Positions 52,325 through 64,000 of a stretch of 64,000 nt of DNA are shown piece after piece (positions within the stretch are counted from its first letter, which is position 1; the number at the start of each line of letters is the position of its first letter). The stretch spans positions 58,716,001 to 58,780,000 of the forward strand of contig NW_024704743.1 in NCBI RefSeq assembly GCF_018977255.1, read 5' to 3'. The DNA is from Callorhinchus milii. Its lineage: Eukaryota. A program made the position numbers and the translations under genes. Below the pieces are notes generated by a model, which was not told the DNA's origin, searched no databases, and worked only from the letters and a program-made list of their open reading frames with translations.

Positions 52325-53325
52325 TTTCACACCCTTCAGACCTTCCTCACACCATCCTCCTCCTCACACTCTCCTCACACACTCCTCCGCCTCACACCCT
52401 CTTCCTCCTCACACCTTCCTCCTCCTCACACCCTCCTCCTTCTCACACCCTTCTCGTCCTCACACCCTCCTCCTCCTCACAACCTCCTCCTCCTCACACC
52501 CTCCTCCTCCTCACACCCTCCTCCTCCTCACACCCTCCTCCTCCTCACACCCTCCTCCTCCTCACATTCTCCTCTCCTTCAGACCTTCCTCACACCATAC
52601 TCCTCCTCACACCCTCCTCCTCACACCCTCCTCCTCCTAACATCCTCCTCCCCTTCAGAACTTCCTCACACCATACTCCTCTTCATACCCTCCTCCCCCT
52701 CAAATTCTCCTCCTCACACCCTTCTCCTCCCCACACCTTCCCCCTCCTCACATCCTTCTCCTCCTCACACCCTCTTCCTCAAACCCTCCTCACACCCTCC
52801 TCCTTCTCACATCCTCCTCCTCACACCCTCTTCCTCACACCCTCCTCACACCCTACTCCTTCTCACATCCTCCTCACACCTTCTTCCTCACAGCCTCCTC
52901 CTCCTCACAGCATCCTCCTCCTCACATCCTCCTCCCCAGACCTTCCTCACACCCTCCTCCCCCTCACATCCTCCTCACACCGTCCTCCTCACACCCTCCT
53001 CCCTCTTACACCTTCCTCGTCCTCACATTCTCCTCCCCCTCATACTTTCCTTGCACCTTGTTCACACCCTCCTCTTCACACCCTCCTCACACCCTCCTCC
53101 TCCTCACACCCTCCTCCTCACACCCTCCTCCTCACACCCTCCTCCTCCTCACACCCTCCTCCTCATACCCTCCTCCTCCTCACAACCTCCTCCCCCTCAC
53201 ACCTACCTCGCACCCTCCTCACACCTTCCTCCCACTCACACCCTCCTCCTCTTCACATCTTCCTCCTCAAGCCCTCCTCAGACTCTCCTCCTCCTCACAC
53301 CCTCCTCCTCCTTACACCCTCTTCT
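52325..53325. repeat. ~1-kb degenerate C-rich minisatellite, unit about TCACACCCTCCTCC(TCC)
   Basis: Tandem variants of cacaccctcctcctcct; the source of the low-complexity His/Pro/Ser/Leu ORFs in the track. Confidence 0.92.
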
Positions 53326-53459
53326 CTCTTAGTCTTGGCAATAGCTGCTCTTTCTCTACAGTATCCCAACTATTCCATCACCCACTATAACAAAGGAGCG
53401 ATTGCTACAAACAGAAAACACACCTCCCTAACAAAAAACAGCACTAAATAAGTGAATAA

Positions 53460-53945
53460 ATAAACAACAACAACAAAATTACATTTGTAAAGCGTCTTTC
53501 ACGTCGAGAGGAACGTCCCAAGGCACTAATTAATCGGTGCTCAGGATTTGAGCTTGGGGGAAGCAGGATTGGGGTGAGGGAGGGCTGAAAGTAGGAGGGC
53601 AGCTGAAGGCACGGTCGAAAAGAAGGGTCCTGAGTCGTGCCTTGAAGGAAGCAAGAGAGAGCAAGGCGAAGGGATTGTGGGAGGGGATTCCAAAGGGTGG
53701 GGGCAGGGAGGCTGAAAGCCGGCCGCCGATGGCAGCGCGGGTCGGGTGGGAGACATGGAGCAGACCGGAGCCTGCTGAGCGGAGGGAGCGGGCAGGTTGG
53801 TAGGGGGTCAGCAGTTCAAAAATTTAGGAGGGGCTTGAAAATGATGACAAGAATTTTGAATTCTATCCTCTGAGGGATGGGGAGCCAGTGGAGCCGGGCG
53901 AGAGTGGGGTGATGGGGTCACAGAGCCTGGTAATAAGCCAACAGA
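53460..53945 (-). mobile_element. L2 LINE 3' fragment
   Basis: Reverse complement encodes TRLCDPITP..., ctccactggctccccatccctcagaggatagaattcaaaatt; tail at ~53465. Confidence 0.9.
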
Positions 53946-54747
53946 CCCAGGAAAGGGAGCATTTTAAAAAGAAAAGATAGTTACACAAAAGATGAAGCCA
54001 CAGGACAGAAATATAAGAATAATCAAAGCAAAGAGATTCTAAACAACTCTCAAAATCACAAATTAGTTCAAAGACATGAATCCTGTTCAATATTATAGGT
54101 TCTCAAATCTGAAAGAGAAAAGCATTTCATGTGCCTACCTGAAATAAATAAATCCCTGTCTATTAAGTTATCATTATCAACAATGATTTTTTTTTCTGCG
54201 CTGCTTATGCCAAGAACCATGATTCAGATCCCATAGCACCAATTCTGCTCTGGCTCCACTTCAACCTCATTAATACTTGCATTAGAGATTAGGCCATTTA
54301 ATCAAAATATGGCAAATGCAAACAGAAAACATTTTTGAAATACTTTCCCTGATAACATTACATTCAGTGAAATAATAAAATCAATCATGTATAGCGTCTC
54401 AAATCACATACACTCGCTCATAAGGCAACATATCAACTGCAAGGATTATTATTATATTATTGTATACCACTTGCAGGTGACAAGCATACTCCCAAGTCAC
54501 CCATAATTCCCCTTAAACTGAGGTCCCATCAGGTAGATGTCAAAGATCCCATTGCAGTATTCAAAATGAGGGAAAGGAAGGTTTTTCTATCAAACCAACC
54601 AACAATTTTCTGGATCTAAAACTGCTCATTTCCTGCAAACATTAAATATTGTTGTGTGTTTATGAATGGGTCATTGCTGTGCACAAACTGGCTGTCGTGT
54701 TCAGCTACAAATAACACTTTACAGAAAATGAAGTCATTACATTATTT

Positions 54748-54896
54748 AGAGTCCTGTCGCTTTGTGGTTAGAGCACTCGCCTCGCAAACGAGAGGATCTG
54801 GGTTCGATTCCCATCAGGGCAAAACATTGGGCAACAACAACAACAAAATTACATTTGTAAAACGCCTTTCACATTGGGAGGATGTCCCAAGGGCAA
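54748..54896 (+). mobile_element. tRNA-Ala SINE head plus an inserted minus-strand L2 tail
   Basis: gagtcctgtcgctttgtggttagagcactcgcctcgcaaacgagaggatctgggttcgattccc; L2 tail bounded by gggcaa at 54829-54834 / 54891-54896. Confidence 0.8.
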
Positions 54897-56555
54897 TACA
54901 GTCATTACACTTTACAGAAAACTCTATGAAGAGCTTCGAGTCATTTTAATTTGATAAGATAATGCATCAAATGCAAGAATTAGATTCAAAAATTGCATCT
55001 TCGACTGTTTGTTCACTCACTTTTGTGATCTTTTACTTCATAAAAAAGTATGCAATGAGAAAAGGTCATTCGGCCCTACCTTCTTCTGCAATTCATGTGA
55101 AGCTCACCCTATCGTGCGCATTGTAAACCTTCAACTGTTCAGTGCCTTGGGACATCCTCCCGACATGAAAGACATTGTATCAATGCAATTTGTTGTTGTT
55201 CTTGGTGTCTCTACAATCCATGTGATGATCATCCTATCTTGGTCTCTACACTGCCTAAAAAGCTCACCCTGTCATGTTCTCCACAGTCCACGTGAAGCTC
55301 ATCCTATTGTGATCTCCACACACTTATTCTTTTCTAAGGGGAAAATTGTACATACTTACTCACGTACTTACATAAGTTAAAAATGCCAAAATATTCACCC
55401 ATATTTAATTACAATAGTAGATTTTAAAAATACACAGACTATAATAATACAATTCAACTCTGGTCTTATTCCCTCCACAGATTAAATAGCTTTGTTTCAG
55501 CTGACATTCCAACACAGTGGAGAAGTGCTGCATCATCAAAGTTGCTCACTGTTAAATCAAGGTCCATCTGCCTGTTCATGTAATGTTAAAGATCTAACAA
55601 AAAAGAAAATGGGGTCTCTTTTGGTGTCCTGGCCATCATTCTTCGTCCAAATCAAATTGATTTAGACGACAATCACTTCATTGTAAGCGAGACACTACTC
55701 CATGTGAAAGGCGTTGTATTCGCTAAATCAAATGGAAGAGATTTTGTAACCAATATCTTTCCCTATAACGATGAATACTGTTTCCAAACAGATACATTTT
55801 TTTTCCAAAGAGTTAATAGACAGTATTGAATGTTTTATTGAGTGTTCATTCCACAATGCATTTATGCTTGATGAAAAAATATTTTGCTGGCATTGAGACA
55901 CATTTGAGCCTTTCAATTGTAAATTCATGCTCTACAGCTCCAAGATTATGTTTCCCTCAATTTTCTTCCCCTCCACCCACCCACCCACCCACCCCACACC
56001 GAAGAAAATAAATTCACCTCTTTGATCCTCCCCTCAGAACATGGAGCTCTAACTCTTGTATTGTTATCGTAGCTCCTCCATACAAACTTTTAAAATAGTA
56101 ATGTTCTTCTAAAGGCAAGTTGTCCAAAGCTGTACACAATAATCTAAATGTGGCCTCACCATAATCTATACAAGATTAGCCTTAGAATAACTTCTTCTGA
56201 CATAGTGAAGTGCCCTCCAGATGCAACCTGGCATGAGTTATACCACATGAGCAAAACAACACTCCGCCTCACAACCTCTAAGAGAATGATGCCTGTCTAA
56301 TATTTTGGTCCATTTAAATTAACCCCCTAATAAAAAGTGACCACAGTACAAGCTATTGGCACATCTCCCAAAATCAACTTAAAGCATAAGAATATAGACA
56401 ATCTGACTTAATGGCAGTACCCACAATATATATGTCAACATGTCATTTTATTGCCAAAATAAAAACTGCATATATTACAGCAATAACAACTTGTACATAT
56501 ATAGCGCCCTTCATACATGGTCTCAGAGCGCTTAATAAACACATTGCATGGAGGC

Positions 56556-56769
56556 AAAAAAAGAGGTCGCCTGGAACACTCAGCAGTCAGGCAGCATCTA
56601 TGGAGAAAGGAAAGTGAGTCAATGTTTTGGGTCCATGACTCTTCTTGGCCGTGGACCCGAAACATTGATTCACTTTCCTTTCTCCATTGATGCTGCCTGA
56701 CCTTTTGAGTGTTCCCAGCGACTTCTGTTTTTGATTTCAGATTTCCAGCATCTGCAGTATTTTGCATTT
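56556..56769. mobile_element. Penelope-like element terminal-repeat palindrome with degenerate hammerhead motifs
   Basis: ~85-bp inverted arms (56556-56639 / 56648-56732) containing cagcagtcaggcagcatc and gatgctgcctgacc, gacccgaaacattga, then ttcagatttccagcatctgcagtattttgc. This matches the common chondrichthyan Penelope terminal repeat as I recall it. Confidence 0.75.
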
Positions 56770-59700
56770 CATTGTATGGAGGATTTGGCAAGCTCATCAG
56801 AAATGCAGTTAGTCTTATTTATTTAAATGTTAATATGCAATCTGGAGCGTTTCTTCAATAGCACTTTCTTCAATGAAGATTTACATTCTGCTGCTTTCAA
56901 TGAGATAACCTATCAGTAAACAGATTCAATGGAAGTAAAAATAAGATTGTCCCAAACAGAAGGATATTAATACATAGTAAAAGCCTGTATTCTTAAAATT
57001 ACTGTTACCTTACTAATGATAATAATCAAAGTTTATGAGTATTTTATGATGGAATAGGAGCTGAGTAAAGCACAAAGCTGTGTTTTATGCATTAATCAGA
57101 TATATGTTCCTCCAGATAAAACAAAAATTGGTCATTCATTTCATGGATGTTTGTGAGACATTGCTGTGCTTTTGGCTGCTGGGCTCAAGTACAACTTAAT
57201 TACATTTTACGTAACATTCTGTGAAGCTCTTAGAGATGTTTCAGTGTGATAAAATGCTGAGAGATGTTGGGTTCAAGTGCAAATATACATTCAGTACACT
57301 TTACATAAAATTCAATTGGTCAAGCCTGCTGACTGGTTTAGTTGTTTGAAACCCATACTTGCTGTTTCAGGTGCAAAAAATCAATCCAGGAATTGATCTG
57401 GTCACAGCTATAATGTATCCCTGTCAATCTTCCATCTATTGTGTTTTTTTATTCACTGTAAAACTGGTTGTAAATCCAGGTTGCAGTCCAAGCAAGCCTT
57501 TTAAAAAGGGTGTTTCTCCCACCTTTCAAAATACATGGTGGGAGATGCAGAAAGATAAGTAACATTAGAAATTAATTGAATGACAAAAATGGGTCAATTG
57601 GAATGAGGAAATCACCTTTGAGAGGGTGAGCAGTTAAAGCTCTCGTAATGCTTGATTTTACTTTATTGTAGCAACATAATACTTACCTCCTGATGTTGGA
57701 GCATCTTTCATTACTGTAATATTAATATATCATTCAAAATCCCTGTCCAAGACACTGGTGTCTCCACCAACACACACTGCCAACGTAATAGATAATTTCT
57801 TACAGTTAAAACCTTAAATAGTTGGCTGGTTGTATTCTCCTGTGATTCACAGGACAATAAAACACCCTCACAGGATTCAACCAATGTAATTTCAACTCTA
57901 CTTTTAATTGCCACTTGCACTATTTTTCTCGTTGAAATCGTGGTATCATTCGATGGTGCAGTATATAAAGTTACTTTAGAACCAGTTATGGAACTATAGT
58001 TACTTTATTGAATACCGATCTACATACCTATATATTAGACAAAATAAATCATCTGCCACTTTTGGAGTTTTAAGTGAGTATTATTGAGACACAACTGATG
58101 ATTGCGAAACTTGTAATGCAGAAATCCTGACTTTGTGATTGTTTACAATAGAAACTACACCAAATCTCTTTAGGAAATGAAAAGGAAATGGGATTAAATT
58201 GTGTCTAATGCCATATCAGCAGGCACCGCTTTAATTGAGTGCTACCTTCTGTAATGAACAATTTGCCCCTTTGACAGAGAATGAGAGTTCCACGCTGGTC
58301 GAGTGAAATCATCAAATGAAATTTAGTCCTTTGTTTCAACTGTAAAGACAGATTTTTTAAGAATAAACAAAAATATGTGAACCTAATTTTCCTACCAATT
58401 AAAGATCCTTGTTTTTGAGCATTGCTGTTGTTTGAATGTCAGAGACTGGGGGGGGGAAACCAGCCCTGATGTGTCCAATTATCACTGTGAGCTCTGCACT
58501 GTAAGCAGAAAACCACCTTGTGAAGCAAATCAGACTTTATATGATGCTACACTCAAGCCACACAAGAAGCGATCCCCAACTAATTTAATAGGTAATTCAG
58601 CGGTAATTGTAGAATATATATAACCCTAAATGTGCATTAAGAGACATTCATGCTACTAACTGAGAATTACAACGATGAATCAAACACATATGTTTAATTA
58701 TCTATATATTAATATAGGCCTCACAGTGCTGAGCCAAGCAGCAGCAGTGGCTGACGATTTGATCTAACGTTATTCATCAATACAATACCACATCAAAATG
58801 CTAATCCTACTTCTGAAAATCATAATTGTATCCTTGTCAAGTTTTGCATAATCCATATACATGTTCACAATATTAAACCCACATAGTGAAGTCTTATGTA
58901 TGTAGGTGGTTTCGTGAACTACCTTTCATTCTTCCTACTGTGCTCTGGAATTCGTGACACTGCATCGTTTGTACAATAACCACAGAAAAAACCCATATTA
59001 TCTTCGCAATCTATCCAATTCCGATTACACTTCATTGACTGAGAGCATCATGAATCAAGGCCCCAATCTGCCAATAACCATGTATTCCGTGATAGATACT
59101 CCTCAGCTGTTGTCTCCAGAGGTTCGGGTTGTCAATAGGAGATTTGTGTCCATGGGATTGCAGTAAATTACCTGGATCCCCTCTTATTTTCAAATGGGAA
59201 ATACTGCAACAAGGGTTTCAGTCTTCAGCAGTCTGTAGGATCGCTGTGCTTGAGTGCTTTTGGAAAATATTGCATTTGACGGGTTATCTATCAGTCACTA
59301 GCCAGATCTTTGGAATTAACTGACAAACATTTATTTCATAAAGAGAAAATTGCACAGAGGCAGAATACATCTTACACGTTACTCACGAAATAGGTGTTCA
59401 CCAACATACCACGACGTGCTAAAAGCGAATTATAATTTGGCACTTTCTTCCAAAGTGTAGAACTGTACTTGCCATCTCTGAAGTGCACATTGAATGTCAT
59501 CTCTGTTCCCGATCTGCTGCACAAGACAGTGCTTTTCGTCCTTATAAAGATGAGACAAGTTGCAATCTGCATTATAAACCTAATTATTGCACTGTAGATT
59601 TATGGAGCTGTAAATCGCAAGAGCTAATTAACAGCTGATCGGGGGAAATAGGTACGAACTTTACGCGTCCGTATAGGCTCCAAACATTAGTGAGACGTGA

Positions 59701-62535
59701 GCCCAAACCCTGTGAACTCGGTGAAACTGATGGGGAAATCATGGGAGTAAATTGTTAATGTTTCAGTTAAAAAACTCATTATAGCAAAGAAGCAGTCGTT
59801 AGCCAACTGCTATGGGATACACTCTACCATTATTCTGTATCTGAGGAAGAAATCCAGAGAGAGAATGTGCCTGCTGATACCAATTAGAAATAGCTTAATG
59901 GGTTAGTACTAATTACCCTTGGTGTCATGGAGGTAATAGTTGATGAGCAAAAATAAATAAATTGCATAAAAAATAAACCGAGAGAGGAAACAAAGAATAA
60001 TATTGCAGTGGAAAATAAACTGGAAGAAATTATCCGACTGCCACATAAAAACCGTGCAGAGAGATTTTCAAAACCAACTGCAAATGGTTTTACTTTACAG
60101 TTTTAATTTTCTGCACAGAAGCTGCTTGTCAAACGCTTTCAGGATAATTCGGGGACATCTTATTGGGATATGATATGGCCCCGCGAGCAGTTTCCGCTCT
60201 AATTTAGTAAGTCCTTTATTTCTGGAGCCAAATAAGTAGATTCCACAGACTGTGTATATTAAATGCCATTGTTATTGATCAAATCAAAAGGGGGAGAAAG
60301 GATGGTGGGAATGCTGACAAGTGTGGACCCTTAGACCTCTCTCGTTCCATTTAAAAACTCAGTTCGTGCCTATTGATAGTGAAGACCATCTTTCTAATTA
60401 ATTAATAGCTCTGTTGTGCCTAATTTAGATTTCAATGAGAAATCCAGAGAGCTAAATGTGAGCTCCAGAGAGGTGAAGATGGACTTGTGTGATGTAGAAA
60501 GTTAGCGTTTATCTTTCAGCGCCTTTATAATTGAAGGCTGTCCACATGCACAGATTTAATAACTACGAAACTATCTAATTAGATTAGACTAAACGTCTGT
60601 TCTAACTCCCACCGACACCACTGTACGACGCCACTTAAAGTCCTGAAAAATAAAATAACTGGCTTGAACATTGTCCCTTTGGTTTGATTCTCACATAACT
60701 ATGTGCAAGGCTCTTCAAAGGTCAACAGTGTGACTCTAACAAAGATTTCAGTGTACTTATAGCAGCACAAAACCCAGGACCAGGACAATAATGTGAATCG
60801 TGTTCTGTGGACTTGGCTACCAATGCGCTCAATTGGAAAACTCCTGCCAGTAATGCAATATACATACGTGAGTGCATGTTCCCAAGTGAAGATGCTATCA
60901 CGTTGGATTTAGTTTATCTTTACTGACTCAACTTTGCTGGGTCTCTGCATCGCATTCTCGCTCTGTACGTTACAGCAGCAAGTCCATTTATTCCTGCAGT
61001 TGTGATCTGAAATCTCCAATCTGAATGTCTTGGGAATCTTGACATGCAATGGGAGCATCGTGGGGAAGGAAGTCTTCTCAGACAATACATCACAGGTGTT
61101 GTGTCAGTCCACAAACCGCATTTACACTGGTGCAGGCGGTCAACACACGATTAGTGACATTGCCGACTCTGCCATGTCCTCAAATCAGGGAAACGTGCAC
61201 AGTCAGTGCTCTGTCGATTCAGTACTGCTTTTGCTTTCAGCAGGTGTTGGTTGCCTAAAAATGGGTGATAGTTAGCTGTTCACTCACTTGCAATACCTAA
61301 TACGTTTAACTGTTGTGGTTTTCCTGATAGGTCGGCGAGTTTACGTAGGAAATAACTGCCCTTTACACAGTGAATAAGGTCCCAGGTTAGATAACTCAGT
61401 CAGTGCTGGGGGTATTACAATTTGTCTCAGCCCCTCGTTTAAGGATCGCTATCAGTGACCTCTATTGGAGGCGAGGTGTGTGTGAATGCAGAAATACGAG
61501 ATGGACCTTGATATATCATGTAGTACAATAACCTCCTGACTCTTTTTTGGTCAGTCTGGTGTCTGACACACGTGAACATTCTCAAGACTACCCCCAAATG
61601 ACTGAATTCTGGTCTGGAGTGCACCCTACCTGCCTTATCACCGAGAGTTTGGGTGAAGCTTGGCAAGAGACAGGGCTTAGGGATTCCAGAGAGTGCATTG
61701 AAAGCATTAAGAATTTAACCAACTGAGCTTCAAACTTCCTGCCACATGTCAAGGGTTTGTACTCAATCTGAGAGTTTGATTCGGGAGCCGAGGGGGAGAG
61801 GGCAATGAGGATTGACTCGATGGGAATATTCCAATGTTAGGTGTGTGACACAACTCCAATAAATCTAACTTACCTCTCCCCAAAGGTAATCAAGTGGTCT
61901 GCGGATGTTCCTGGACCTGCTAACTCTCATGTGGAATCATATTCCAATTAAATAGGAACGATGGAAATTGATGAAAGGGATGGAGGGAGTTTAATTTTTT
62001 CCAGCTGCTATTATGTTAAAACTGTCCTGAAACCAAAGCCTGTGGGTCAGACTCCCTCTTCATGCTCTTTAAACTTCAATGATATTGCAGAGTGTGGGGT
62101 GGTTCGAAACAAACCCTTTATCAAATGGGTATAAACTGAAGTAATAACTGATGTTTCGCACTACCAGGGTTTATGCTGACTGCAGGATAACCACAATAGA
62201 CTATATATATTTTAATGCCAGTAAAGAGCTGACTGCCCTGTTGGCTTTTTACAAACATTAAACATGGATCTGCTATGTGAGGAGTTCTGTGCATTTGCTA
62301 AGCAGGAATATGAAGGGCTCCGCTTTACCGAACTGCTCAATGTAACTCCGGGCTTCATAATTCCACTGCGTTACACTGTTACCCGCAGTGTAATCAAAGC
62401 ATAAGAATTCTTACTTTCTACACAAATTCCAAATGTATTTACCATTCAGCTTTATTAATAAGTATATGCATATTACTCAGATAGAACTAGTCAAAAACAC
62501 AATTGATAACAAATTTCAGAGGAAATATGAACATG

Positions 62536-62550
62536 GTTACTATGGGCAAC
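62536..62550. promoter_or_regulatory. RFX X-box-like motif GTTACTATGGGCAAC
   Basis: Close match to GTNRCC(N0-3)RGYAAC in repeat-free intronic DNA; function untested. Confidence 0.35.
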
Positions 62551-64000
62551 ATGGGTATACTTCGTGGAGAAGCTCCATACAACTGTGCTTAGTTAATTTT
62601 CCAAACAGTTAAAACTGGTAGATGAAAGGTTTACCACAAATGCATATTAAATTTTGACAGCTAATCTAATATTGCTTAGTGCCTTTCTAGGATCGGTATG
62701 CAATTAACTCTACCACAGAAAGGTTCAAGGACAGATAGACGAGACCTGTGTACCCCGGTGTTTAGATAAAGGCAGCTTGGTGTTTCTGTCTTTTCAAATT
62801 TGATAAGTAACCCAGTGACTTCTGATTGTGTTTTGCACCTTCACGTTCACCAACGATGGAAGAACCAGCCCAGATCACTGAAATGTATGCAAGACGTCAG
62901 TTTTGCTATCATGCTCATGCCATCTGCTGTGCTGTCAGTATTCTTCTTCACATTCAGTCATCTCACTTGCACAAGTGTTAGACGCTTACATTTTCATCCT
63001 GTTCAGTCACGCGATCCTTTTAGTGACAAATTTCATCAAAGCAGTTATGGGGCAGTATTTTCACATTAGCAAGACCTTTGACTCCTTGTACTGTATACGT
63101 CCTGCACCATCGCGCAGGCCTGTTGATGTGTGACTGACTGCTGTGAAATACGCTTTGCAAACAGGATTCTTTCTCCCAGCGTATATAATCCATTTGCGTG
63201 AGTAACCTGTGTCCATAACTGTGTTCGCAGACAAAAGCATTTCAAAAGTGTTCTTCAGATGAGTGGTTATTGTTTATGATATACAATTACATAACATGAA
63301 AGATGTTGGATACAAAAATAGATTGACCTCTGATATTTATGTTATCCACTGGCCCCATGCACCTCATTTAATAAAATGATCAATAATACACTTATTGATA
63401 CGCGATTAGTAGGTAATAGTCAATTCTTTTATACAATAAAATTTACATTTACCCAACTGTTTTATAACTAGAACATAGAGAAGAGTACTCTTTCCACATA
63501 GCGTGAAAGAATGTGTCTGTCAATCCTCGTACAGCCTTTTCCACTAACTCTAACCAGAATGGTAAGGCTGCCTTTTTTTTCTTATCTAGCTCAAATAAAA
63601 AGTTATCATTAAAACTACAGTTACTTTACCACCTTCAAACCTTGTTAGAAATATTGGATTCAACCAGATCCATCGCAAATGACTCTTACCATTCATCCTC
63701 TAAAGTTCACTTTCAAAAGTCATGGGTGTATTTTGGAAATACAAGAATGTCATTTATCAAAAATAAAAACGCATACATTTCTGTCATTGAGGAATACACT
63801 TGATAGAATTCAGCATTGGACAACAATGTAAAATTGGGGCTATTATCTGTACAATACCTTTGGTAGTAATGCCATGTCTATTTTTCATCTCATCTACTCC
63901 TCTCAGTGGTAACATTGTCACTGACAGTGAGAGGTCAGTGAGCAGCATCCTCTTCGTGAATGTTTGCAAGCACAGAGAGAGCTCCAGCAATCACATGGAC

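Larger units (their letters stand above)
11921..64000 (-). other. NXPH1: Large NXPH1 intron upstream of the last coding exon (over 52 kb, 5' end outside the window)
   Basis: Acceptor at 11921. No sequence encoding the ~18-aa signal-peptide exon (MQAACWY...-like) was found in the rest of the window. NXPH1 is known to have a very long intron at this position. Confidence 0.8.

Noticed and set aside
52314..53390. His/Pro/Ser-rich ORFs
   Set aside because: Translations of the C-rich minisatellite.
58085..58120. Minimal hammerhead-like string ctgatga-ttgc-gaaac
   Set aside because: There is no stem II, and stems I and III cannot be formed with a correctly placed NUH; probably chance.

Overview
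This is vertebrate genomic DNA. The repeat content (SacSINE1/Deu-type SINEs, a tRNA-Ala-headed SINE, L2 and CR1 LINEs, a shark-type Penelope terminal repeat) points to a cartilaginous fish, plausibly a holocephalan such as Callorhinchus milii; this is inference. The only protein-coding sequence I can support is the last coding exon of neurexophilin-1 (NXPH1) on the minus strand: 11920-11159, 253 codons plus TGA, with a canonical AG acceptor at 11922-11921. About 9.2-11.2 kb is the probable 3' UTR, and 11921-64000 is one intron longer than 52 kb; the signal-peptide exon lies outside the window. The other ORFs in the track are decayed LINE fragments, repeat read-throughs or chance ORFs. I found no new protein-coding system. 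The items most worth follow-up are non-coding: (1) an unclassified, hairpin-rich ~0.55-0.6 kb retroposon-like family with six copies confined to the first 18.5 kb; (2) a Penelope terminal-repeat palindrome carrying two broken hammerhead cores; (3) a local inverted duplication of an L2 head; (4) several templated or snap-back insertions in SINEs; (5) recurrent ~55-bp L2 tail-only insertions; (6) repeat-poor, motif-dense candidate enhancers, especially at 57-64 kb. Repeat boundaries were read by eye and are approximate (about +/-20 bp) unless motif coordinates are given.
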